A stretch of DNA of 14,515 bases from an uncultured Deferribacteres bacterium (GTDB taxonomy: Bacteria; Zhuqueibacterota; Zhuqueibacteria; Zhuqueibacterales; Geothermadaptataceae). This document shows positions 7,334-14,515 of the stretch, one piece after another. The DNA is taken from assembly GCA_964014485.1 (NCBI GenBank), contig CAXHAT010000199.1, positions 1 to 14,515 on the forward strand, written 5' to 3'. Under the pieces are notes generated by a model. It did not search any database, had not been told where the DNA came from, and saw only the letters and a program-made list of their open reading frames with translations. Made by a program: the position numbers and the translations under genes. The first letter of the stretch is position 1; each line of letters opens with the position of its first letter.

Positions 7334-7688
7334 TTATTTTCATTCCTTTTGACGTCGAATAACTCGACGTATAACATGTTTCAATTGTCATACCTTCGGA
7401 ACATCAGCTTTGCGCTTCATCATTCCTTCGTTGCCATACTTTGGGAAACGGCCCTTATGAAATGCGAGAATAATTTCCAAAGCTTTTCATCAGCATTCCA
7501 AATCCCAGACCGCAGTGTTCGAAAACATCAATTTACCTTTATGTTGAAGGTAGCTCGACTATCTGAAACTCAACTGAATTGGCAAAACACAATGACCGAT
7601 GCAAAAGCGTCCTGCATACAGAACTCCATCTCGAGTTCGACACGGCACTCAAACAAGATTTCAAAAAGGAATATCAGGGCAAAATTGG

Positions 7689-9101
7689 TTAAAACGAAGG
7701 AGTGTTTTTGGCGGGAAAAGTGACGGTTACCGTCGTGCCTTTGGCGAGTTCGCTGGCGACTTTGATTTCTCCGCCGTGCGCATGAGCGATCCATTGGCAA
7801 ATGGCCAAGCCAAGCCCGCTGCCGCTTTTAGTGGAAGTTCGAGCTTTGTCGGATTGGTAAAAACGATCAAAAATATAAGGTAACTCTTCCTCGGAAACCC
7901 CCGAGCCGGTATCCGACACAGAAAGCGATACTTCCTTTTCAGATGATTTGAGCCGAAAATCGATTCGGCCTCTATTTGTATTTTTAATGGCATTGTCTGC
8001 AAGGTTTAAAACGAGACGGCGCAAGAGTTCCGCCCAGCCGGAAAACTCAACGGCGTCACAATCGGTGTGAATAGAAATCGGACGGTCGCCGACGAGAATT
8101 TCCGCATCTTCCGCCACTTCGGAGATGATTTGATCTAAACGAAACTTCTCTTTCTGAATTGGATAATTACCTGCGTCCGTTTGCGCAAGCAGCAGGAGAT
8201 TATCGACGATCTGACTCATATAAATGACACGATCGAGCGTCTTGCGTAACGCTTCGCGCACATCTTCCGGCAAATCTTCTCGCTGGTACAGCAACTCCAC
8301 ATCGCCCCGCTGAATGGTCAAGGGCGTTCGTAGCTCATGCGCCGCGTCCTGGGTGAATTGCCGCACGCGTTTCACGCCGTCTTCAATCCGTGAAATCATC
8401 AGGTTTAGCGTATCCACCAAAACGCCGAATTCATCTTTTCCTGCGTATTCGGGCAGACGATTGCCGAGGTTTTTCAACGATATATTTTCAGTCGCTTTGG
8501 CGGCGGCCACAACCGGCTTCATTGAAAGGCGCGCTAAAACCAGCCCTCCCAGAAGGACAAGAACCAACGTAACCGGCGCGCCGACTAAAAGCATCTCTCG
8601 AATTTCATCGGCAATTTCATAAAAAATCTGGTTTGGCATGCCGACGATCTGAACGCCCCATTCATGCTGAGTTACGTGAGCGCGGTACCGTCTTCCTTCA
8701 ATATGCAAATTGTAAAAGCCATCCTCGTTGGAGAGAAAGTCGCCCTGATGAATAAGCCGATCAAGATTGTGCTCCCCGCCTGCCCTAATAACCAACTTCT
8801 CCCCCGCCCTATGAATAGCGAAAATTGAGAACTGCCGCTTGTTGTCATACAAATCATGCAAGTCTTCGTCAAGTTCTTCTCGCAGCGTGTCAAATTCCGT
8901 TCCTGCCGCACTCGTCAACTCGACGTATTCTTCGTCCATCAAGTCCAATGATGATTTTTTCTCGCCAATCAGCGATTTATCCAACTCTTCATTCAAACTG
9001 ACATACAACGCAACGCCGCCGCTGACCAGCACCAAAACCAGTACGACAAAAAAAACGAGTGTGATCAGTAACGTAAGCCGAGTGCGGATTGAAAGTTTCA
9101 T
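7689..9101 (-). CDS. HAMP-domain sensor histidine kinase (HisKA, CusS/CzcS-like architecture)
   Basis: Two TM helices, HAMP, H-box AAHELRTPL, N-box NLADNAIK, DTGSG, IFDRFY, GSGLGL. Confidence 0.95.
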   Translation of the reverse strand: MKLSIRTRLTLLITLVFFVVLVLVLVSGGVALYVSLNEELDKSLIGEKKSSLDLMDEEYVELTSAAGTEFDTLREELDEDLHDLYDNKRQFSIFAIHRAGEKLVIRAGGEHNLDRLIHQGDFLSNEDGFYNLHIEGRRYRAHVTQHEWGVQIVGMPNQIFYEIADEIREMLLVGAPVTLVLVLLGGLVLARLSMKPVVAAAKATENISLKNLGNRLPEYAGKDEFGVLVDTLNLMISRIEDGVKRVRQFTQDAAHELRTPLTIQRGDVELLYQREDLPEDVREALRKTLDRVIYMSQIVDNLLLLAQTDAGNYPIQKEKFRLDQIISEVAEDAEILVGDRPISIHTDCDAVEFSGWAELLRRLVLNLADNAIKNTNRGRIDFRLKSSEKEVSLSVSDTGSGVSEEELPYIFDRFYQSDKARTSTKSGSGLGLAICQWIAHAHGGEIKVASELAKGTTVTVTFPAKNTPSF

Positions 9102-9775
9102 TCGCTATGATCCCTGATCGAGTAGCCGCCGTTTCGTACAGTATGAATGAGTTTGGGGCCGCCGGGAATTTCGATTTTTTTCCGCAGACGTCGAATGTAA
9201 ACTTCGATCAAATTATAATCGCTGGAAAAATGGAAATCCCACACATGCTCCGCGATCATACCCTTGCTCAAAAGCCGGTTCTTGTTTCTCAACAAATATT
9301 CCAGAACTGCGTATTCACGGTTCGTGAGTTCAAGGAGCGTTCCCTTTTTTCGAACTTCATGGGAAACCGTGTCCAGCGTCAAATCTCCAGCGCTCAAAAC
9401 CGGCGATTTTGTGGGCGCTTGTCTCCGCAATAGAGAGCGAACGCGAGCGCGCAATTCCGCAACCGCGAACGGTTTGGCCAAATAATCGTCGGCGCCGGCG
9501 TCCAGACCGGCTACGCGATCAGGGACTTCCCCCAGCGCCGTAAGTATCAAAACCGGAGCTTGTACGCCTTCTTCACGAATCGATTTTAACACGTCTATTC
9601 CGTTTTTTCCGGGAAGCAGAATGTCCATGATGATCAAGTCATAAGATTCCGACAATGCCTGTTCTTCACCTGTCGCCCCAGTGGCCGCCAGATCTACGGC
9701 ATGTCTCTCGTCAACCATGACTTTTTTGACGAAATCCGCGATGTCACGGTCGTCTTCCACAACCAGAATGCGCAT
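9098..9775 (-). CDS. OmpR/PhoB-family response regulator (CusR/CzcR-like)
   Basis: MRILVVEDD, MDILLP phospho-Asp, GADDYLAKPF, winged helix NLIEVYIRRLRKKI..IHTVRNGGY. 4-nt overlap with the kinase gene. Confidence 0.95.
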   Translation of the reverse strand: MRILVVEDDRDIADFVKKVMVDERHAVDLAATGATGEEQALSESYDLIIMDILLPGKNGIDVLKSIREEGVQAPVLILTALGEVPDRVAGLDAGADDYLAKPFAVAELRARVRSLLRRQAPTKSPVLSAGDLTLDTVSHEVRKKGTLLELTNREYAVLEYLLRNKNRLLSKGMIAEHVWDFHFSSDYNLIEVYIRRLRKKIEIPGGPKLIHTVRNGGYSIRDHSE

Positions 9776-9826
9776 ACTTGACTACCAAACGAATAAATAA
9801 CTTTCATCATTTTTGTGAAAATATTC

Positions 9827-9854
9827 AATATATCTGCATTCTTCACAGAATCAA
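9827..9854 (-). promoter_or_regulatory. Possible sigma70-type promoter for the two-component operon
   Basis: On the - strand TTGATT-16 nt-TATATT, about 50 nt upstream of the response-regulator ATG in an AT-rich stretch. Confidence 0.25.
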
Positions 9855-9998
9855 GTAAAGCGCTACTAACATTCGTTTGTTGCGCTTCCGTGATTGATTG
9901 ATTGGAATAAAAAAATCGGCTTTGGAACTATTGAAATCGGGCGTGAACTACAAGCGCCGCACCGTATTGATTGATAGGTGCAACAGCGCTGTGGCAGG

Positions 9999-10911
9999 TC
10001 ATCCCGTGGGCTGGCCGTGATTAACTGCGCTATTTCCGTCAGACAACAACTCCAAATATTCTGAAGTCAATTGTGCGGCAATCACTTTTATGTCGAAGTT
10101 TTCAACGGCGCGTTTGCGTGAGGAGAGTCCAAAATTCTTGCGGAGTTCCGGTTGCTGAATCAGTCGTAAGATCGCGTCGCTTAGGGCTTGGCTGTCATGA
10201 ACCGGCGTAAAATAACCATTGACTCCTTCGACAACGACTTCATTGCACCCCGGCGTGTCTGTTGTAATGATTGGCAAAGCCATGGACGCTGCTTCGAGTA
10301 AAACGCGAGGCACGCCTTCTCTATAGGCCGACGGCAAAACAAAAACGTCCGATTCCGCAAGGACGGCGGGAATATCCTGCAGCGGCCCGGGCCAGGTAAC
10401 GTATTGCTTCAATCTGCTCAACCCCTGCTGATCAAGCCGGTCTAAACTTTCTGAGTCTTCGGGGCCGACGAGTAGAAAGCGAACGTTCGAGCAATGATTG
10501 GTGATCGTTTCGGCGGCGACCACAAAATCCAGCACGCCTTTTGACCGGATGATTCGCGAAATCATCGTGATAGTAACTTCCCCCTGCTTCAGCCCCAGTT
10601 CCCGTCTTAGGTTTTCACGGTTTTCCTGAGTTACACGCTCCAAACAATACCGCGCGGTCGGTACGCCAGAACCGACGATGACGTTCGTTTTTTGTTTTTT
10701 AACCACGCCTGCATCAATGAACTGACGCGCGTCTTGATGATTCTGAAAAAGCGTCTTTTCTGAAAAGCGACAAGGAAGTTTTTGCAAGGACTGGTAGCTT
10801 GACCAATTGAACGTCCATGTTCGCATTTTTGGCTGGATTGGCTTGGCGGCTCATCTCGTAGCACGCATACTCAAATCCGTGCTCGTTGAACTTGTCAATC
10901 AGAGCTGGTTC
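9999..10911 (-). pseudogene. Glycosyltransferase family 4 (GT-B) pseudogene: 5' truncated, internally deleted and frameshifted
   Basis: C-terminal part intact (TLFQN..D, RIIRSKG, REGVPRVLLEA EX7E motif). An out-of-frame segment 10911-10825 (EPALIDKFNEHGFEYACYEMSRQANP) resembles the GT4 N-domain SR..NP region. MITE A abuts at 10912-10915. Confidence 0.75.
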
Positions 10912-10914
10912 TAA

Positions 10915-11055
10915 GAGCGCATTTGGGAAGTCCTTGTCTTGTCATTCCGTAGGAATCTTTTTGGGTCGCCAGACATGAAAGTTCCGACAGTTGTTGCGGA
11001 AAAGTCTAAAAAAGATGCTTACAGCATGACAATTTAGGACTTTCCAAATACGCTT
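10915..11055. mobile_element. MITE family A, copy 2 (uninterrupted, 141 bp)
   Basis: Same TIRs and body as 5546-5898, with a single TTACAGCA where copy 1 has the insertion. Preceded by TAA. Confidence 0.9.
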
Positions 11056-11146
11056 TCCCCCCCTAACCCCCCTCAAAGGGGGAACGCATCGAATCCCGCA
11101 AGGGATTCGCTCGAAAAGTCCCCCTTCGAAGGGGGATTTAGGGGGA
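11056..11146. repeat. REPIN-like three-hairpin palindromic element (C/G-run type)
   Basis: TCCCCCCCTAACCCCCCTCAAAGGGGGAA and its inverted partner TCCCCCTTCGAAGGGGGATTTAGGGGGA enclose a perfect hairpin CGAATCCC-GCAA-GGGATTCG (11090-11109). Confidence 0.8.
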
Positions 11147-11245
11147 TGTTTCAAACGTTTGCGTCCATGATAGCAGTCAATTATGGCAAAAATGCAGGTT
11201 TAACGGGTTATCCACATTTTACCGAGCGTTATCTTGACGCGTATA

Positions 11246-11264
11246 CGCCTGCGCGGGAATGACG
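11246..11264. repeat. Degenerate GGAATGAC-type REP half
   Basis: CGCCTGCGCGGGAATGACG resembles the widespread ATTCCCGC..GCGGGAATGAC palindrome; the left arm is decayed. Confidence 0.45.
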
Positions 11265-11446
11265 TAAAAGTGACGTTTCTCAGGGGCTATTGGGGAAACT
11301 TCCGAGAGTGCGGAACATCAATATTTGCTTCTTGTCGCGAGAGTGAAGAAACGGAATCTCGATCGAGGGCTGACAACAATTTTCCATGCAACCAAGTTCG
11401 ATTCGGATCTTCCAGCGCTTTTTTTCTCGCAGTTTTATACTCAAAA

Positions 11447-11651
11447 CTCTCTACCTGACACTTTTTGTCCAAGCTTCCCAAACTGGTAGAAAAGGCCGAA
11501 ATTGTCATGCTTCAAGCATCTTTTTTGATCCAACCCTTGAACTTTTAGGCATGATCTACACTGGGCGATAACAAAGATTCCTCCAGAATGACAAAACGGG
11601 GCCTTTTGACAGCTCGAAAATGCAGTTTACAAAAAAGTGTCAGGTAGAGAA
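11447..11651. mobile_element. MITE family B, copy 2 (205 bp), inverted relative to copy 1
   Basis: TIR CTCTCTACCTGACACTTTTTGT ... ACAAAAAAGTGTCAGGTAGAGAA. Reverse complement aligns end to end with 5658-5861 (roughly 85% by eye). Flanks TACTCAAAA / TCCTCGAAA look like a decayed 9-bp duplication. Confidence 0.88.
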
Positions 11652-11826
11652 TCCTCGAAATAGAAAAACCAGCTCTCAAAATTTCCTACGGATGAGAAAA
11701 TCTTTGGCGACGTTCTCAAAAGCGAGAAATGTACGTCTCGATTTTTGACGCTTTCGACATGCAAAATTCGATGGAAAATTCGCCGTCAACCGAGCCAATT
11801 ATTTGTGAAAAATTGCACCGATCTGA

Positions 11827-12693
11827 TTAATCCCCTTCCTCGAATTTTATCTGGCAGTCGGGACACAGGCCGTGGGTAAAATCGGCGTCCGCGTGCTTCT
11901 TAAAATAATCTTCGAGACGATTCCAGAAGCCTTTATCGTCACGAATTTTCTTGCAATCCGCGCAAATCGGGATCAAGCCGCTCAAGGTTTTAACTTGCCC
12001 TAACGCTTCACGCAATTCAGCGATTAAGTCTTCACGTTCAAGCAGGTGATTTTTGATATTCAACCCCATGGGGCGAAAGACCAACAGAGCCATCACCAGA
12101 AGCGCGATGACGGTAATGATCATCACGGAACGCTCCAGTTTTTGCAAATTCGAGATACCGGTTTCGCTCTCATTTTGGTACTGTTTTACGACTTCGTTCA
12201 ACGGATGCAGCAGTTCCGAATTCGCGGCGGCGAGAATATTGGCTAATCGAGAGTTTCCGGATAACGCTTCACGTTTGTCTAATTGCGAGAAAGCCCGACT
12301 TTCAGCCAGAAATTCTTGTAATTTTTCCTTCAATAAAAATGGTTCTTCGAAATAAATTTTTCTCACTTCCGGGGAAGGACTCCCAGGCAGATTCATGGCT
12401 GCATCGCCGCTGATCAGCGCCTGTATCGATTTTTCCATGAGATCGATTGCCGCCAGCAGTTCCCGCCGTGCAGCGCCCTGAGCGTCAAGAGACGATCTGT
12501 ATGTGAGCAAAGTCGCGTTGAGCGCAATGCGTTGCAATAACATGCGCTGACGACCACTCACATTGATGATAGCCGCTCGGTTTTGTTCAGCTCTTATTTT
12601 TTCCTGGAGAATGTAGTCGGAAACAATTGCGACGGCTGCGAGGACGCTAAGAACGAAGACGTACCTAAGCGTAATTGTCTTAGTAAAACTCAT
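11827..12693 (-). CDS. Membrane sensor: PilJ/NarX-like four-helix domain plus C-terminal Cys-rich putative Zn-binding domain
   Basis: TM1, P-box-like IINVSGRQRMLLQRI, TM2, coiled coil, then LIPICADCKKIRDDKGFW..FTHGLCPDC. No kinase, MCP or GGDEF domain. Confidence 0.85.
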   Translation of the reverse strand: MSFTKTITLRYVFVLSVLAAVAIVSDYILQEKIRAEQNRAAIINVSGRQRMLLQRIALNATLLTYRSSLDAQGAARRELLAAIDLMEKSIQALISGDAAMNLPGSPSPEVRKIYFEEPFLLKEKLQEFLAESRAFSQLDKREALSGNSRLANILAAANSELLHPLNEVVKQYQNESETGISNLQKLERSVMIITVIALLVMALLVFRPMGLNIKNHLLEREDLIAELREALGQVKTLSGLIPICADCKKIRDDKGFWNRLEDYFKKHADADFTHGLCPDCQIKFEEGD

Positions 12694-13479
12694 TTAATAA
12701 GCCCAAACCGGTAAGTTGTATTCCAAGCGCGCTCTTTGTGCAATGCGCTCCAGTTCCTCCATTTCTACCCTGGCCACACGATTATCAACCGGCTTTCGTG
12801 CGATTGAATATATGTGAACTTCAACAGGCTGGATAGTCTGGAGCTTTCGCATCCAGCGGTCGATTTCTTCGCTCCCGGAATTGTCCACCAAGCCGCGAAC
12901 AAACATGGTCTGAATGGTCGTCGGTGCGGCAAGAGACAGCGTTTCCACCGCAGCCACAATTTGGCTAAACGAGATTTCCTGGCTGGCGGCGTTGATCGCC
13001 CTAAACGTCTCCTCGCATCCGGCGTCCAGTTTAATGTAGCGCGAATCGAGCTTCAGCAACGCTTGAAAAATGGCGCTATTTTCCAAAGTGGCGCCCGTTG
13101 AAAAAACGCCGATTCTGACCTCGGGGCAAAATTTATCTCTTATCTTGATGACTTCATCAACCAGCTTGGGAAAATTCGGATGCAAAGTGGGCTCGCCGTT
13201 TCCGCAGATACTGATTCCATTCAGCGCTTGCGCTCCATTCTTTCGCCCTTGCAATTTTTCTTCAAGAGCGGCGCAAATTTCTTCGACGGTTGGCAGCGGG
13301 CAGCTTTCCGGGATATGCAGGCTTTGATATTTGGTCGCGCCGTCCTGGCAGTACGGGCAGTTAAACGGGCACCATTTGTTTGAACGATGCAGGGGGTTAA
13401 TACCCAATTCGTACCCGACGCGTCTGGAATGCAGCGGGCCGTAAACCAGGTTCTTTGGAAAGTTTTTGCTGAATTTCAT
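12694..13479 (-). CDS. Radical SAM protein (COG0731/TYW1-related bacterial family), 261 aa
   Basis: VYGPLHSRRVG..LGINP, CPFNCPYC (CX3CX2C), GNGEPTLHP, KLDAG, QTMFV. ATG 13479 with AAGGA RBS is preferred over the track start 13572. Confidence 0.9.
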   Translation of the reverse strand: MKFSKNFPKNLVYGPLHSRRVGYELGINPLHRSNKWCPFNCPYCQDGATKYQSLHIPESCPLPTVEEICAALEEKLQGRKNGAQALNGISICGNGEPTLHPNFPKLVDEVIKIRDKFCPEVRIGVFSTGATLENSAIFQALLKLDSRYIKLDAGCEETFRAINAASQEISFSQIVAAVETLSLAAPTTIQTMFVRGLVDNSGSEEIDRWMRKLQTIQPVEVHIYSIARKPVDNRVARVEMEELERIAQRARLEYNLPVWAY

Positions 13480-13657
13480 CGCGGTCCTTTTCAAGTTCAA
13501 GCAGGCTTTTGGCGGTCGGATCAGATCAGAAATGCTGGTTGTTTTACGAAAATCATGCCAATTCCCGCTCAATACGCCGAGATAAAACGCAGAAATCCTT
13601 TTCAGCTAAAGCATTGAGATAGAAAAAGTCAGTGTTTGTATTGGTCCCCCCCCCTTG

Positions 13658-13679
13658 GCGAGCAGGATGCTTGCGCAAC
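13658..13679. repeat. Single REP-like unit
   Basis: GCGAGCAGGATGCTTGC hairpin followed by GCAAC, resembling GTAG/GTTG-type REP units. Confidence 0.4.
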
Positions 13680-14037
13680 GTTGCACCCCTCGTATTCTGG
13701 CCTGAATAGCGCGCGCATACGCAACATCATTTTCAACATTGCGCCTGGCGATTCATTTGTGGAAGATGGATCGTTCACTTTTGTGGCTTAGTGCGGAGAT
13801 GTGAAGGTTGGAGGGCTTCCCGGAGTCCTTTAATTCAAAAAGCTTGAAGCCCGGTTTACTCTTGATGAGTTTCAGGGCTTAAGTTCTATCGGCTTGAGTT
13901 CTCAATTTAGTTCATCTCAAAGCTCCTGCACCTGCAGTTCGAAAGTCTTGTCGCAACAGCTTCGGTTTTTTGAATCGTACATTTTGCAATCGCGCCTTCA
14001 GGGGTTCGACACGAACTCATTTTTTTCTGGGTATATT

Positions 14038-14074
14038 CTAACTCTGACAGGGTTTGGAGCCCTGTCAGAGTTAG
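14038..14074. repeat. 37-bp REP-like palindrome
   Basis: CTAACTCTGACAGGG-TTTGGAG-CCCTGTCAGAGTTAG has perfect 15-bp arms and no U-tract on either side. Confidence 0.75.
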
Positions 14075-14152
14075 GTCGATTATTCGTGTATGCCAAAACC
14101 GCAAGCGCGGTTGGAAAGTGAAGCAATCACACAAATCATCTAGAACAAGGCT

Positions 14153-14515
14153 GTAGAGTAGGGCCCTGGTGCAGCGTTGCCGCTTTCCCAACGCCCCCTC
14201 ATCAAACCCCGTGCATGAGGTTTTCCCTCACACGGCTTACCGATTGTCTTTAAGCCAAAGCGTTTCTCGGATGTTCAAACAACGAGGCATAGAGCCGTTT
14301 GCGTTTCTGGTAGTAAACACGGACGACATTCATCAGCCCGTATTTGCGTTCCCAGTAGGCAGGATTCCAGCTCTTCCATTTGCCAACACGTCGTTTGATC
14401 CCGCTGCTGCGAGCAACTTTTGCCCGAACATCCATCATCCTTAGCCACTTGACCGAGTACCTTCTGTAAGTCACTGACCTTTAAATTCATGTCGCTTAGC
14501 CTTGAAAGCACTAAC
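14153..14515 (-). mobile_element. Group II intron, 3' portion (domain IV remnant, V, VI); continues beyond the window
   Basis: - strand domain V AAGCCGTGTGAGGGAAAACCTCATGCACGGGGTTT (14238-14204, AGC triad), then GATGAGGGGG, a domain VI hairpin and terminal ...CCCTACTCTAC ending at 14153. Confidence 0.9.
14250..14490 (-). pseudogene. Internally deleted group II intron reverse transcriptase/maturase remnant
   Basis: ATG 14490 gives MNLKVSDLQKVLGQVAK, like the IEP N-terminal KVRELQRKLY.AAK pattern. It joins out of frame near 14430 to VRAKVAR..GKWKSW..YWERKYGL, like a maturase tail, stopping 11 nt before domain V. No YADD motif. Confidence 0.7.

Noticed and set aside
7133..7723. 196-aa + strand ORF
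   Set aside because: Antisense to the surrounding genes, overlaps both neighbours, atypical composition and no motif.
11208..11216. Perfect DnaA box TTATCCACA
   Set aside because: Single copy, with no box cluster or replication genes; compatible with chance.
10942..11571. Short ORFs 10942..11154, 11234..11458, 11287..11508 and 11386..11571
   Set aside because: They derive largely from MITE/REPIN sequence (e.g. PPKSPFEGG from the C/G-run palindrome) and show no recognisable domain.
13547..13562. Sigma54-like TTGGCATGATTTTCGT on the - strand upstream of the radical SAM gene
   Set aside because: Spacing is right but the -12 element is GT rather than GC; too weak to call.
13480..13572. N-terminal extension of the radical SAM ORF
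   Set aside because: ATG 13479 has an RBS and sits just before the family's first motif.
14038..14074. Rho-independent terminator or class IIC intron target hairpin
   Set aside because: No U-tract. It lies on the 3'-exon side about 80 nt away, whereas IIC introns insert just after a hairpin, and this DV has an AGC triad.
1..14515. CRISPR array, tRNA, rRNA, or a retron/DGR system
   Set aside because: No regularly spaced direct repeats or RNA-gene signatures were seen. The only RT-related sequence is the group II intron remnant.

Overview
Bacterial metagenomic-type window that starts with a probable Tn5/Nextera adapter remnant. The + strand (1-6763) carries the 3' end of a hypothetical gene, a HEPN-MNT (HI0074/HI0073-type) toxin-antitoxin pair and an uncharacterised three-gene envelope module. 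That module is a monoheme cytochrome c fused to a predicted outer-membrane beta-barrel, a small His/Glu-containing membrane protein and a secreted triple helix-hairpin-helix (ComEA/PsbU-like) protein. It is followed by a purple-acid-phosphatase-type lipoprotein, a PAP2 phosphatase and an SdiA-regulated/YjiK-like protein. The - strand (6752-14515) carries a hypothetical protein, an OmpR-family two-component pair, a broken GT4 glycosyltransferase, a NarX/PilJ-type sensor fused to a Cys-rich domain with no kinase, a radical SAM enzyme coupled to that sensor, and the 3' part of a group II intron whose RT gene appears almost wholly deleted. Intergenic DNA is rich in small non-autonomous elements, including one MITE nested in another with the empty site present elsewhere in the window, and several REP/REPIN-like palindrome types, some carried inside the MITEs. 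The best candidate for a new system is the cytochrome-barrel module. Family calls come from motif recognition by eye; no searches were run.
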